DNA from: Spirochaetales bacterium | GTDB lineage: Bacteria; Spirochaetota; Spirochaetia; Treponematales; UBA12059 | Direction: 5' to 3' | NCBI GenBank assembly: GCA_016928955.1 | Contig: JAFGJV010000004.1 | Coordinates: forward strand, 239,736-259,735 | Length of the DNA: 20,000 nt | Part shown: piece after piece, positions 1 to 7,424 of the stretch | Layout: each line of letters begins with the position of its first letter | How positions within the stretch are numbered: position 1 is the stretch's first letter | Program-made: the position numbers and the translations under genes | The notes under the pieces: generated by a model | The model's input: the letters and a program-made list of their open reading frames with translations, nothing else | The model's database searches: none | What the model was told of the DNA's origin: nothing

Positions 1-2
1 CG

Positions 3-1445
3 CATTGCCTTGCCCTGGACATGGACTTTCACAAAACCCACAAACCCGGGGAGCTGATGGAGCGCCTGGACAACGACGTGAACGAGACAAGGGCCTATTT
101 TTCCACCCTGTTCACCGAGTTGGTGTCCACCGGCTGCCTGTTCGTCGGCGTTATCGTGTTCCTCTGGCTGGAGGACTGGCGGCTTGGTACCAGCGCCATG
201 TTCGTGAGCGTTGTGGTGCTGGCCGTCTTCCCGCGCATCAATAAGGCCCGCGTTCCCCTTATAGCCAACGTGCGTGAGGTGCACGCCGCGCTGTCCGGAG
301 ACCTCCAGGAATGGGTGCAGGGCAGAGAAGACATACAGGCGTCGGGTTCCACGGGCGTGATGCTGGACCGCCTGGAGGGCCGCTACGGGGAACGCTACCG
401 CGTGTCCCTGGCCCTCCTGCCGGTCAACACCGTATCCAACGTCCTTCCGGGCGTGGTGCTGTTCTCCGCCTATGCTCTGGCATATACCCTGAGTTCCGGT
501 GCCTTTGGCGGCGCGCTCAGCGTGAGCGCCTTTGCCATGGTGCTCATGTACATTGCCAAGCTAGAAAACCCCATCTACATGATCCAGGAAAGCTTTATGT
601 GGGCGGCCACCGCCCAGGCCAGCCTGGAACGCATAGCTGACCTGTTAGGTCAGCGTCCGAGGCTCTCGCCGGGACGCGCGACGCTCAAGCCGAGCGGCGG
701 ACTGGGCGTACGCCTTGAGAGCGTCTTTTTTGGCTACGACGACGAGAACGTGCTCCACGGCGTCAGCCTGGATCTTGCCCCCGGGCAGAGTCTCGGACTC
801 CTCGGGCGGACGGGAAGCGGCAAGACCACGGTGGCCCGACTCATAGCCCGCATGTATGATCCCGTGCGCGGCCGCGTGGTGCTCAGCGACGGCAACACCG
901 AGGCAAGCCCCGCCGAGCTGGATCCGGCCTGCCTGCGCTCCATGGTCGCCATGGTCACGCAGGAAGTCGAGCTCTTAAACGCGTCCGTGCGCGACAACAT
1001 CACCCTGTTCAACCAGGAAATTCCGGACGACAGGATATGGGAAGCCCTCAGGTCCGTGGGCATGGACGGCTGGGTACGGGGCAAGCCCGGATGCCTTGCG
1101 TACAAGCTGAACGGCATTCACGGACTGTCGGCCGGGGAAGCCCAGCTCCTGGCCCTGGCCCGGGTATTCCTGAGCGACCCTGCCCTGGTCGTCATGGACG
1201 AGGCGTCGTCGCGCCTTGATCCAGCCACCGAGCGCGCCATGCGGAACGCCGTATCGGCCCTGCTGCGCGGCCGCTCGGCCGTGATCATAGCCCACCGGCT
1301 GGAAACCCTGCGCGATGTGGACACAATTGCCGTGCTTGAGGAAGGCCGCGTCATCGAATTCGGCCGCCGCGTCGATCTGGAGGAACGCCAGGACAGCCGG
1401 TACAGCGCCCTCCTCCGGGCCGGACTCGAGGAGGCCTTGGCGTGA
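3..1445 (+). CDS. ABC exporter, fused TMD-NBD subunit A of a heterodimer (5'-truncated by window edge)
   Basis: Frame is open from the window start (HCLALDMDFHKTHKPGELMERLDNDV resembles the exporter coupling region). Hydrophobic TM segments, Walker A GRTGSGKTT, Q-loop VTQE, signature LSAGE, Walker B VVMDE, D-loop SRLD, H-loop IAHR. Stop TGA at 1443-1445. Confidence 0.93.
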   Translation, partial: HCLALDMDFHKTHKPGELMERLDNDVNETRAYFSTLFTELVSTGCLFVGVIVFLWLEDWRLGTSAMFVSVVVLAVFPRINKARVPLIANVREVHAALSGDLQEWVQGREDIQASGSTGVMLDRLEGRYGERYRVSLALLPVNTVSNVLPGVVLFSAYALAYTLSSGAFGGALSVSAFAMVLMYIAKLENPIYMIQESFMWAATAQASLERIADLLGQRPRLSPGRATLKPSGGLGVRLESVFFGYDDENVLHGVSLDLAPGQSLGLLGRTGSGKTTVARLIARMYDPVRGRVVLSDGNTEASPAELDPACLRSMVAMVTQEVELLNASVRDNITLFNQEIPDDRIWEALRSVGMDGWVRGKPGCLAYKLNGIHGLSAGEAQLLALARVFLSDPALVVMDEASSRLDPATERAMRNAVSALLRGRSAVIIAHRLETLRDVDTIAVLEEGRVIEFGRRVDLEERQDSRYSALLRAGLEEALA

Positions 1446-3343
1446 ACACCCTGAAATACCTGTACGGCCTCCTGAAATCCTTTCCCGCCCTGGTGGCGTC
1501 GTTCTTCGCTTCCATGCAGGCGAGCAACATAGTGGTGTTCCTGTCCGGCGGCTACATAGCCCGCGCCTTCATCAACCACCTGAACGGCGACCCGGGGCCC
1601 AGCTTTGGGCTGGGAGCGGCTCTGGCCCTCCTCACCATTGCTGAAATGTTCCGGGTGGCGGGAATGGCCACGAACATGTATACGTCCATCAGGGTGAGCC
1701 GTTTTTCCATGGCTCTCCTGTCGCTCAACATCATGGAGCGCATCCTTAAGCGGCCAGGCGGGCTGCCCTTGCCCCTGGACCGCAAGAAAGGACGCCCCCT
1801 GAGCGAGGGACAATGCCTGAACACCCTGAGCACGGACACGCTGAAGATACCCGGCATGTTCCATTTCCTCTTCGAGATGGCCAGCATGCTGGCGTCAGGA
1901 GTGGTGGCGTTCTGGATCATGATGTCCATAAACCCGGCGGTCACGCTCACGGTGTGCATTCCGCTTGCCCTGGTGTTCTGGCTCATCAATATGCTCAGGA
2001 AACGCGTCGAACCCCTGGCGGACAAGGCCAGGCGCTCTGCCGGCGAGGTCAGCTCCCTGATAGGCGACATGTTCAACTGCGTGCAGACCGTCAAGACCAT
2101 GGGCGCCGAGTCATTGTTCCTGGCGGAATTCCGCAGGAGGAACCACAAGCGCCTGCGCGACTCGGTCAGGTCGGAATTCTTCTTTACCCTCCTGCGCGGC
2201 TTGAACGCCGGTCTTATGGAGTTCGCGGCCGGCATCATACTCCTGGGAGCAGCCGCTTCGATGACCAAGGGCGCGTTCACCGTGGGCGACTTCATGCTGT
2301 TCACGTCCTACCTGTGGGCGGTGCTCGGCGTGTTCAGGTGGGGAGGACTCTTCCTGGCCGAGCTCAAGCGCAACGACGTGGCCATAGAACGCATGGAAAC
2401 GCTCACCAGCCCGGAACCGCCAGGCACCCCGGCGCGGAGGCGCCGACTGAGGCTGGACAAACCATTTGACTCGTCGCTTGACCTGGCCGCCCGGCCCGTT
2501 GAGCCCCTGCGCTCCCTTGAGGTCAAGGATCTGTGTTTCACCTACTCCGCGCCCCGCCAACATGACGACGACGATCCAGCCTCGGTCGCCGGGTTGGACG
2601 CAACCCGCGGCCATACCGGGAGTTCAGGCCCGCACGCGGCCACATTCAGCCTGGACCGCGTGTCCTTCATGCTTGAAGGCGGAAGCCTTGTGGCCGTGAC
2701 CGGACCCGTGGGCTCAGGCAAGACCACCCTCCTTAAATGCGTGGTCGGGCTCCTTCCCGTTGACTCTGGCCACGTGCGCTGGAACGGCCAGGAAACTCCC
2801 GCGGCGTCGGTTTCCGCTCGCGGGGATTACTGGGACGCTCCCCGGGCCGCGTACACGCCGCAGGTTCCCAGGCTCTTCTCTGACAGCCTGGGCCGCAACA
2901 TCTTGCTCGGGCTTCCGCACGATCCGGACCTGCTTGACCGCGCCATGCGCGACGCGTGCCTAGAGGACGATCTTGAGCTCATGCCCGATGGTCTTGCTAC
3001 GCAGATCGGGCCTCGGGGCGTCCGACTGTCTGGTGGCCAGCTGCAGAGAACCGCGGCGGCCCGGATGTTTGCCCGCGGGGCCAGGCTTATGGTACTGGAC
3101 GACATATCGAGCGCGTTGGACGTGGAGACGGAACGGCGGCTGTGGGATCGCCTTATGGCCAAAGGAGGCGACGCGAGCTACCTGGTGGCAACGCACCGCG
3201 AGGCCGTGCTCAGGCGCGCGGACGCCATCCTGTTTCTCAAGGACGGCCGCCTGGAAGCCAAGGGCGTATACAGCCAGCTTATGGAAAGCTGCCCGGGTTT
3301 CAGGAACATGATAGCCCGCTGCGAACATCCGGAACTGAACTGA
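1442..3343 (+). CDS. ABC exporter, fused TMD-NBD subunit B of a heterodimer
   Basis: GTG start overlaps the upstream stop (GTGA), with SD GAGGAGG just upstream. N-terminal TM segments, Walker A GPVGSGKTT, signature LSGGQ, Walker B MVLDD, D-loop SALD, H-loop ATHR. Confidence 0.93.
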   Translation: MNTLKYLYGLLKSFPALVASFFASMQASNIVVFLSGGYIARAFINHLNGDPGPSFGLGAALALLTIAEMFRVAGMATNMYTSIRVSRFSMALLSLNIMERILKRPGGLPLPLDRKKGRPLSEGQCLNTLSTDTLKIPGMFHFLFEMASMLASGVVAFWIMMSINPAVTLTVCIPLALVFWLINMLRKRVEPLADKARRSAGEVSSLIGDMFNCVQTVKTMGAESLFLAEFRRRNHKRLRDSVRSEFFFTLLRGLNAGLMEFAAGIILLGAAASMTKGAFTVGDFMLFTSYLWAVLGVFRWGGLFLAELKRNDVAIERMETLTSPEPPGTPARRRRLRLDKPFDSSLDLAARPVEPLRSLEVKDLCFTYSAPRQHDDDDPASVAGLDATRGHTGSSGPHAATFSLDRVSFMLEGGSLVAVTGPVGSGKTTLLKCVVGLLPVDSGHVRWNGQETPAASVSARGDYWDAPRAAYTPQVPRLFSDSLGRNILLGLPHDPDLLDRAMRDACLEDDLELMPDGLATQIGPRGVRLSGGQLQRTAAARMFARGARLMVLDDISSALDVETERRLWDRLMAKGGDASYLVATHREAVLRRADAILFLKDGRLEAKGVYSQLMESCPGFRNMIARCEHPELN

Positions 3344-3361
3344 ATGGGCTCGCTTCCTACC

Positions 3362-3390
3362 ATGACAGGAGCTTCCAAGCTTGGTATACT
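3362..3390 (+). promoter_or_regulatory. sigma70-type promoter for ruvAB-queA (probably leaderless)
   Basis: ATGACA (3362-3367), 17-bp spacer, TG-n-TATACT extended -10 (TATACT 3385-3390). The ruvA ATG lies 6 nt downstream. Confidence 0.7.
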
Positions 3391-3396
3391 GCCGTC

Positions 3397-4002
3397 ATGA
3401 TCAATGCCATCAGCGGCACCCTGGTACACAAGGGTGCCGATAGCATACGGGTGGAGAACCACGGCATCGAATGGGAATTCTCCGTGCCGGCTCGTTCGGT
3501 GGACGCTTTTGGCCGCGTAGGCGACCAGACCCGCGTCCTTGCGTGGCTGCTGCACCGCGAGGACCAGATGCGGCTGTTCGGCTTTCCCGCGGAGGACGAG
3601 CGGACCGTTTTCCACGAGCTTCTGACCGTTGAGGGCATAGGCCCCAAGCAGGCCCTGAAGATACTCGGGGGCATAGGAGCGGCCGACCTTGAACGAGCCC
3701 TGGACTCAGAAGACCTGGCGCGGCTCGAATCCATACCCGGCCTTGGCAAGAAGACTGCCCAGAAGCTGGTGTTCAGCCTGAAGGGCAAGCTGCCTTCGTC
3801 CCTGCCGCCGCGCCCAGGCGCTGACGCAGACGGCCCCCACGAGGACATCGTCCGGGCCTTGGTCGACCTCGGCTACGAGCGCAGAAAGGCACAGGACGCC
3901 GTGAGGACGGCCGCAGCCGACCCGGCCATAGCGGCGGTGGAACCTGCCGAACGGGAACGCGAGATTTTCCGCCGAGCCATGATGGCGCTGAGCGGAGCCT
4001 AA
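3397..4002 (+). CDS. ruvA: Holliday junction branch migration protein RuvA
   Basis: MINAISGTL start, HREDQMRLFGF, HhH motifs VEGIGPKQAL and IPGLGKKTAQKL, C-terminal ALVDLGY. Start placed at ATG 3397, not 3142. Confidence 0.96.
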   Translation: MINAISGTLVHKGADSIRVENHGIEWEFSVPARSVDAFGRVGDQTRVLAWLLHREDQMRLFGFPAEDERTVFHELLTVEGIGPKQALKILGGIGAADLERALDSEDLARLESIPGLGKKTAQKLVFSLKGKLPSSLPPRPGADADGPHEDIVRALVDLGYERRKAQDAVRTAAADPAIAAVEPAEREREIFRRAMMALSGA

Positions 4003-4006
4003 GGCC

Positions 4007-5029
4007 ATGGACGCAACCACCATCGTATCAGGGGCCTACCAGCCGGGCGAGGACGAGCGGGAGAATGTCCTCAGGCCCCGTTTCCTGTCCGAGTTCCTGG
4101 GCCAGGCAGGCGTCAAGGACAACCTTGCCGTGTTCATCCAGGCTGCCAAAAACCGGGGAGAGGCCCTGGACCACGTATTTCTGATCGGCCCTCCCGGCCT
4201 GGGCAAGACCACCCTGGCCGGCATCTTGTCGCGCGAGCTGGACGTAGAATTCAAGGTAACCAGCGCTCCGGCCCTGGAGAAACCCAAGGACCTGGCGGGA
4301 ATTCTGACCACGCTGTCACCCAGGAGCGTCTTCTTCATCGACGAGGTGCACCGCCTGAAACCGGCCATAGAGGAAATGCTGTACATGGCCATGGAGGACG
4401 GCGAACTGGACTTTATCATAGGCCAGGGGCCAAGCGCCCGCACCCTGCGCATACCGCTGCCGCCTTTTACCCTTGTGGGCGCCACCACCAGGGCAGGCAT
4501 GGTTGGCAGTCCCTTGGTCAGCCGCTTTGGCATCAACGTGCGCCTCGGCTTCTACGACAAAACCGACATGGTAGCCATATTGTCGCGGTCAGCGGCCATA
4601 CTGGGCATGGCCCTCGATATCGACGCCGCCGGGCTCCTTGCAGACGCCAGCCGGGGAACGCCACGCGTGGCGAATCGGCTCCTGCGGCGGATGCGCGACT
4701 TTGCCCAGGTGGACGGCAAGGCCACCGTGGACGCGGACGTGGTCCGGCGCGGACTCGGGCGCCTGGAAGTGGACGCGTACGGGCTGGAGCGACATGACCG
4801 GGACGTGCTGGCCACCATCATAGAAAAATTCGGCGGGGGTCCCGTGGGCGCTGAGACCCTGGCCGTGTCAACGTCGGAGAGCGTTGAAACCCTGGAGGAC
4901 TACCTGGAGCCCTATTTGATCCAGGCCGGTTTTCTGATGCGCACCCCCCGGGGGCGCATAGCCACTCCCTTGGCCTACAGGCACCTAGGATACGCACCAA
5001 AGCATGAAGACAACGGATTTCAGTTTTGA
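4007..5029 (+). CDS. ruvB: Holliday junction branch migration DNA helicase RuvB
   Basis: LRPRFLSEFLGQ, Walker A GPPGLGKTT, Walker B FFIDEVHRL, GATTRAG, SRGTPRVANRLLRRMRDFA, EPYLIQAGFLMRTPRGR. Confidence 0.98.
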   Translation: MDATTIVSGAYQPGEDERENVLRPRFLSEFLGQAGVKDNLAVFIQAAKNRGEALDHVFLIGPPGLGKTTLAGILSRELDVEFKVTSAPALEKPKDLAGILTTLSPRSVFFIDEVHRLKPAIEEMLYMAMEDGELDFIIGQGPSARTLRIPLPPFTLVGATTRAGMVGSPLVSRFGINVRLGFYDKTDMVAILSRSAAILGMALDIDAAGLLADASRGTPRVANRLLRRMRDFAQVDGKATVDADVVRRGLGRLEVDAYGLERHDRDVLATIIEKFGGGPVGAETLAVSTSESVETLEDYLEPYLIQAGFLMRTPRGRIATPLAYRHLGYAPKHEDNGFQF

Positions 5030-6020
5030 GCTCCCCGAGGAGCTGATAGCCCAGGAACCGGCAGCCAAACGGGGGGCGTCACGGCTCCTCACGCTGGACA
5101 GTCACAGCGGAGCTCTGGGGCACCGCATGGTGGCGGACCTTCCCGACCTGGTAGAGCCGGGCACCGTCATGGTGTTCAACGACTCGCGGGTCCGGCGGGC
5201 GCGCCTCTTTGCGTCCAGCGCGACCGGGGGCAGGGTGGAAGTGCTCCTTCTCAGACGTGAGGGGGAGCGGCTATGGGCCGCCATCACCACGCGCATGGCC
5301 AAACAGACCGTGGGCAAGACGCTCTGCCTGCCCGAAGGCCTTGGAGCGGAAATAGTCGCCGTTCGACCCGACGAGAGGGTGCTGGAATTCAGCCGCGAGC
5401 TCGACGATTCCTACCTGGAACGCCACGGCCACCTGCCCCTGCCGCCGTACATACGCAGGCCGGATTCTGCCCAGGACGCGTCCAGGTACCAGACCGTGTA
5501 CGCCCGAAACGCGGGGTCGTCGGCGGCGCCAACGGCCGGCCTCCACTTCACGCAAGAGCTTTTGGACAGGCTTGCCGAGCGGGGCGTGGACCTGCGCTTT
5601 GTCACCCTTCACGTCGGCCTTGGCACCTTCCTGCCGGTCAGGGCCGACAACATAGAAGACCACCGCATGCACGAGGAAAGCTACACGGTGCCGGACGACA
5701 CGGCCGACGCGGTCAACCGGGCCAAGGCTGAAGGCCGCGCCGTGATGGCCGTGGGAACGACGAGCGTGCGCACCCTGGAAAGCGCGTCCCAGAACGGCAC
5801 GCTTGCCGCCGGGCCGGGATCAACCTCTATTTTCATAACGCCCGGCTACCACTTCAGGATGGTCGACCAGCTCTTTACCAACTTCCATACGCCGGAATCC
5901 ACCCTGCTGATGCTTGTGTCGGCCTTTGCGGGGAGGGAACGCATCCTGGCCGCGTACCGTGAGGCGGTGGAACGGCGCTACCGCTTCTTTTCCTACGGCG
6001 ACGCCATGCTGATACGCTGA
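5004..6020 (+). CDS. queA: S-adenosylmethionine:tRNA ribosyltransferase-isomerase
   Basis: DFSFELPEELIAQEP, PLPPYIRR, YQTVYA, GSSAAPTAGLHFT, LHVGLGTF, VGTTSVRTLE, TNFHTPESTL, YRFFSYGDAML. Overlaps the end of ruvB by 26 nt. Confidence 0.98.
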   Translation: MKTTDFSFELPEELIAQEPAAKRGASRLLTLDSHSGALGHRMVADLPDLVEPGTVMVFNDSRVRRARLFASSATGGRVEVLLLRREGERLWAAITTRMAKQTVGKTLCLPEGLGAEIVAVRPDERVLEFSRELDDSYLERHGHLPLPPYIRRPDSAQDASRYQTVYARNAGSSAAPTAGLHFTQELLDRLAERGVDLRFVTLHVGLGTFLPVRADNIEDHRMHEESYTVPDDTADAVNRAKAEGRAVMAVGTTSVRTLESASQNGTLAAGPGSTSIFITPGYHFRMVDQLFTNFHTPESTLLMLVSAFAGRERILAAYREAVERRYRFFSYGDAMLIR

Positions 6021-6044
6021 TTTCAGGGATACAGGCAGGGCAGG

Positions 6045-6644
6045 CTAGTAGCTGGCCTCGTCCATGGCCTCAAAGTCCGCGCGGACCTTGGCCAGGTGCT
6101 CTAGATGGCGCTCTATGATGCGGCCGTAATCCAATTCGCCGGTCGCTATTCTCTGCGCTTCGTCTATCCAGTACTGTACGTCCGGAAGGAGCGTCCAGCG
6201 TAGCTCGTTAGCCTTCAGAGCCCAGGCCTTGGCGCTGTCCCAATAGGCCAGGGCGGCCCGGTACGCCGTTTCGGCTATGGCCAGGCTCTCCAGGTTTTCC
6301 CGCTTCCAAGGCGCGTTGTAAAAATACGCCACCTGTTTGTCAAACTTGGCGCCCAGATACAGGTGCTGCTCGATCAGCTTGAGCTCGATATGCATGTTGA
6401 AAAGATATCGGTAGCGTTCCCAGTGTTTTTCGTCAGGAATCTTGGCCAGGGCGTAAAGGGGATTGCAGAAATCGGCCTTCTGGGCCTGCTCCAGCCAGTA
6501 TATGTTCTCTATCGTGTCGTCAGGGTATTGGATGTAGTGGATGTGGTACAGCCGGAAGTATTGTTCCTTGAAATAGACAGGATAGGCCGCGGCCGATGAG
6601 AATTGGGTAAGGAGGACGAGCGCCAGGGCTAAGGCCTTCTTCAT
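6045..6644 (-). CDS. Hypothetical secreted/periplasmic protein, likely alpha-helical and aromatic-rich (199 aa)
   Basis: Clean ORF filling the gap between queA and tmk. Sec signal peptide MKKALALALVLLTQFSSAAA with an AxA cleavage site. Tyr/Trp-rich helical-looking body with no family motif I recognise. Confidence 0.85.
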   Translation of the reverse strand: MKKALALALVLLTQFSSAAAYPVYFKEQYFRLYHIHYIQYPDDTIENIYWLEQAQKADFCNPLYALAKIPDEKHWERYRYLFNMHIELKLIEQHLYLGAKFDKQVAYFYNAPWKRENLESLAIAETAYRAALAYWDSAKAWALKANELRWTLLPDVQYWIDEAQRIATGELDYGRIIERHLEHLAKVRADFEAMDEASY

Positions 6645-6651
6645 GCTCCTA

Positions 6652-6680
6652 ATATCGGCCCCTCGGCACGGTCCATAAAG
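6652..6680 (-). promoter_or_regulatory. Putative sigma28 (FliA/SigD)-type promoter
   Basis: Minus strand reads CTTTAT-N15-GCCGATAT-N7-ATG. The -10 matches the SigD/FliA consensus GCCGATA(T/A); the -35 is only a partial match to TAAA. Confidence 0.5.
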
Positions 6681-6693
6681 AGCCGGCGGCCTG

Positions 6694-7344
6694 TTACGTC
6701 GTGCCCGGCCTTAACAACCGCCCGGCCACAGGGTGCACGGCGGCCCATACGGCCTCGGACACCAAATCCACCGGCAAGGATGCGTCGACCCGCACGATGG
6801 CCACCCCCGACGATGCGTATGAGTCAAGGACAGCCCTATATTCGTCCGCCACCCGGTCCTGAAAGTCTCGGTTCTCGTAGATATCCAGGGCATGGCGTCC
6901 GGCCATGCGGGACATGGACGTATCCGTACGCACGTCGAAGTAGACCACCAGCTCGGGAAGGGGAAAGGCGGCGTTCTGGAAACGCGGAAAGTCGCGCCCG
7001 CAGGTCAGGCCCTGGTAGGCGAGCGACGAGAATATGTAACGGTCGCTGATGGCCAGCCCGCCTTGCGCCAGGGTATCCAGGATGCCGCCCGTCGAGCGAA
7101 GATGCTCGTCCCTGTCGGCGGCGAACAGCCTGGCCACGGTTTCGGGGAGCAGGGGCGTCCGGCCGGCCAGAGCGTCGCGTATCAGCTTGCCAACGGGACC
7201 GTCGGTCGGCTCGGCGCTGACCGTATGCGGGATGCCAAGACCGGACAGGCGGGCGTCCAGGACACGCAGCTGCGTGCTGGTCCCTGAGCCGTCTATGCCT
7301 TCAAAAACGACAAAACCCGTAAGGATGCGTGGCGCGTCGGACAT
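6694..7344 (-). CDS. tmk: Thymidylate kinase (dTMP kinase)
   Basis: FVVFEGIDGSGTSTQ P-loop, AEPT, LFAADR, ISDRYIFSSLAYQG, PELVVYFDV, IYE lid. Start placed at ATG 7344. Confidence 0.93.
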   Translation of the reverse strand: MSDAPRILTGFVVFEGIDGSGTSTQLRVLDARLSGLGIPHTVSAEPTDGPVGKLIRDALAGRTPLLPETVARLFAADRDEHLRSTGGILDTLAQGGLAISDRYIFSSLAYQGLTCGRDFPRFQNAAFPLPELVVYFDVRTDTSMSRMAGRHALDIYENRDFQDRVADEYRAVLDSYASSGVAIVRVDASLPVDLVSEAVWAAVHPVAGRLLRPGTT

Positions 7345-7352
7345 GATGCGCG

Positions 7353-7382
7353 AGCATACCCGCGACGCGGCCAGGAGGGCAA
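7353..7382 (-). promoter_or_regulatory. sigma70-type promoter for tmk (probably leaderless)
   Basis: Minus strand TTGCCC (7382-7377), 18-bp spacer, TATGCT (7358-7353), then 8 nt to the ATG with no SD. Confidence 0.55.
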
Positions 7383-7406
7383 GTATTCTGGCGCAAGAAT
7401 CCCCGC

Positions 7407-7415
7407 TGTGATACT
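7407..7415 (+). promoter_or_regulatory. Putative extended -10 for tamB-bamA-skp
   Basis: TG-T-GATACT at 7407-7415, 9 nt before GTG 7425. The -35 is weak. Confidence 0.4.
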
Positions 7416-7424
7416 GTCTTGGGC

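Noticed and set aside
1118..2304. Long antisense and alternative-frame ORFs (e.g. 1118-1864, 1552-2304, 1813-2469, and similar ones within tamB, bamA and mutS)
   Set aside because: Shadow ORFs expected in GC-rich coding DNA. They fully overlap well-supported genes, have Arg/Pro/Ser-rich composition and show no recognisable motifs.
3142..3396. N-terminal extension of the ruvA ORF (286 aa in the ORF track)
   Set aside because: It overlaps ABC subunit B and has no RuvA-like sequence. RuvA homology begins at MINAISG (3397), directly after a good promoter.
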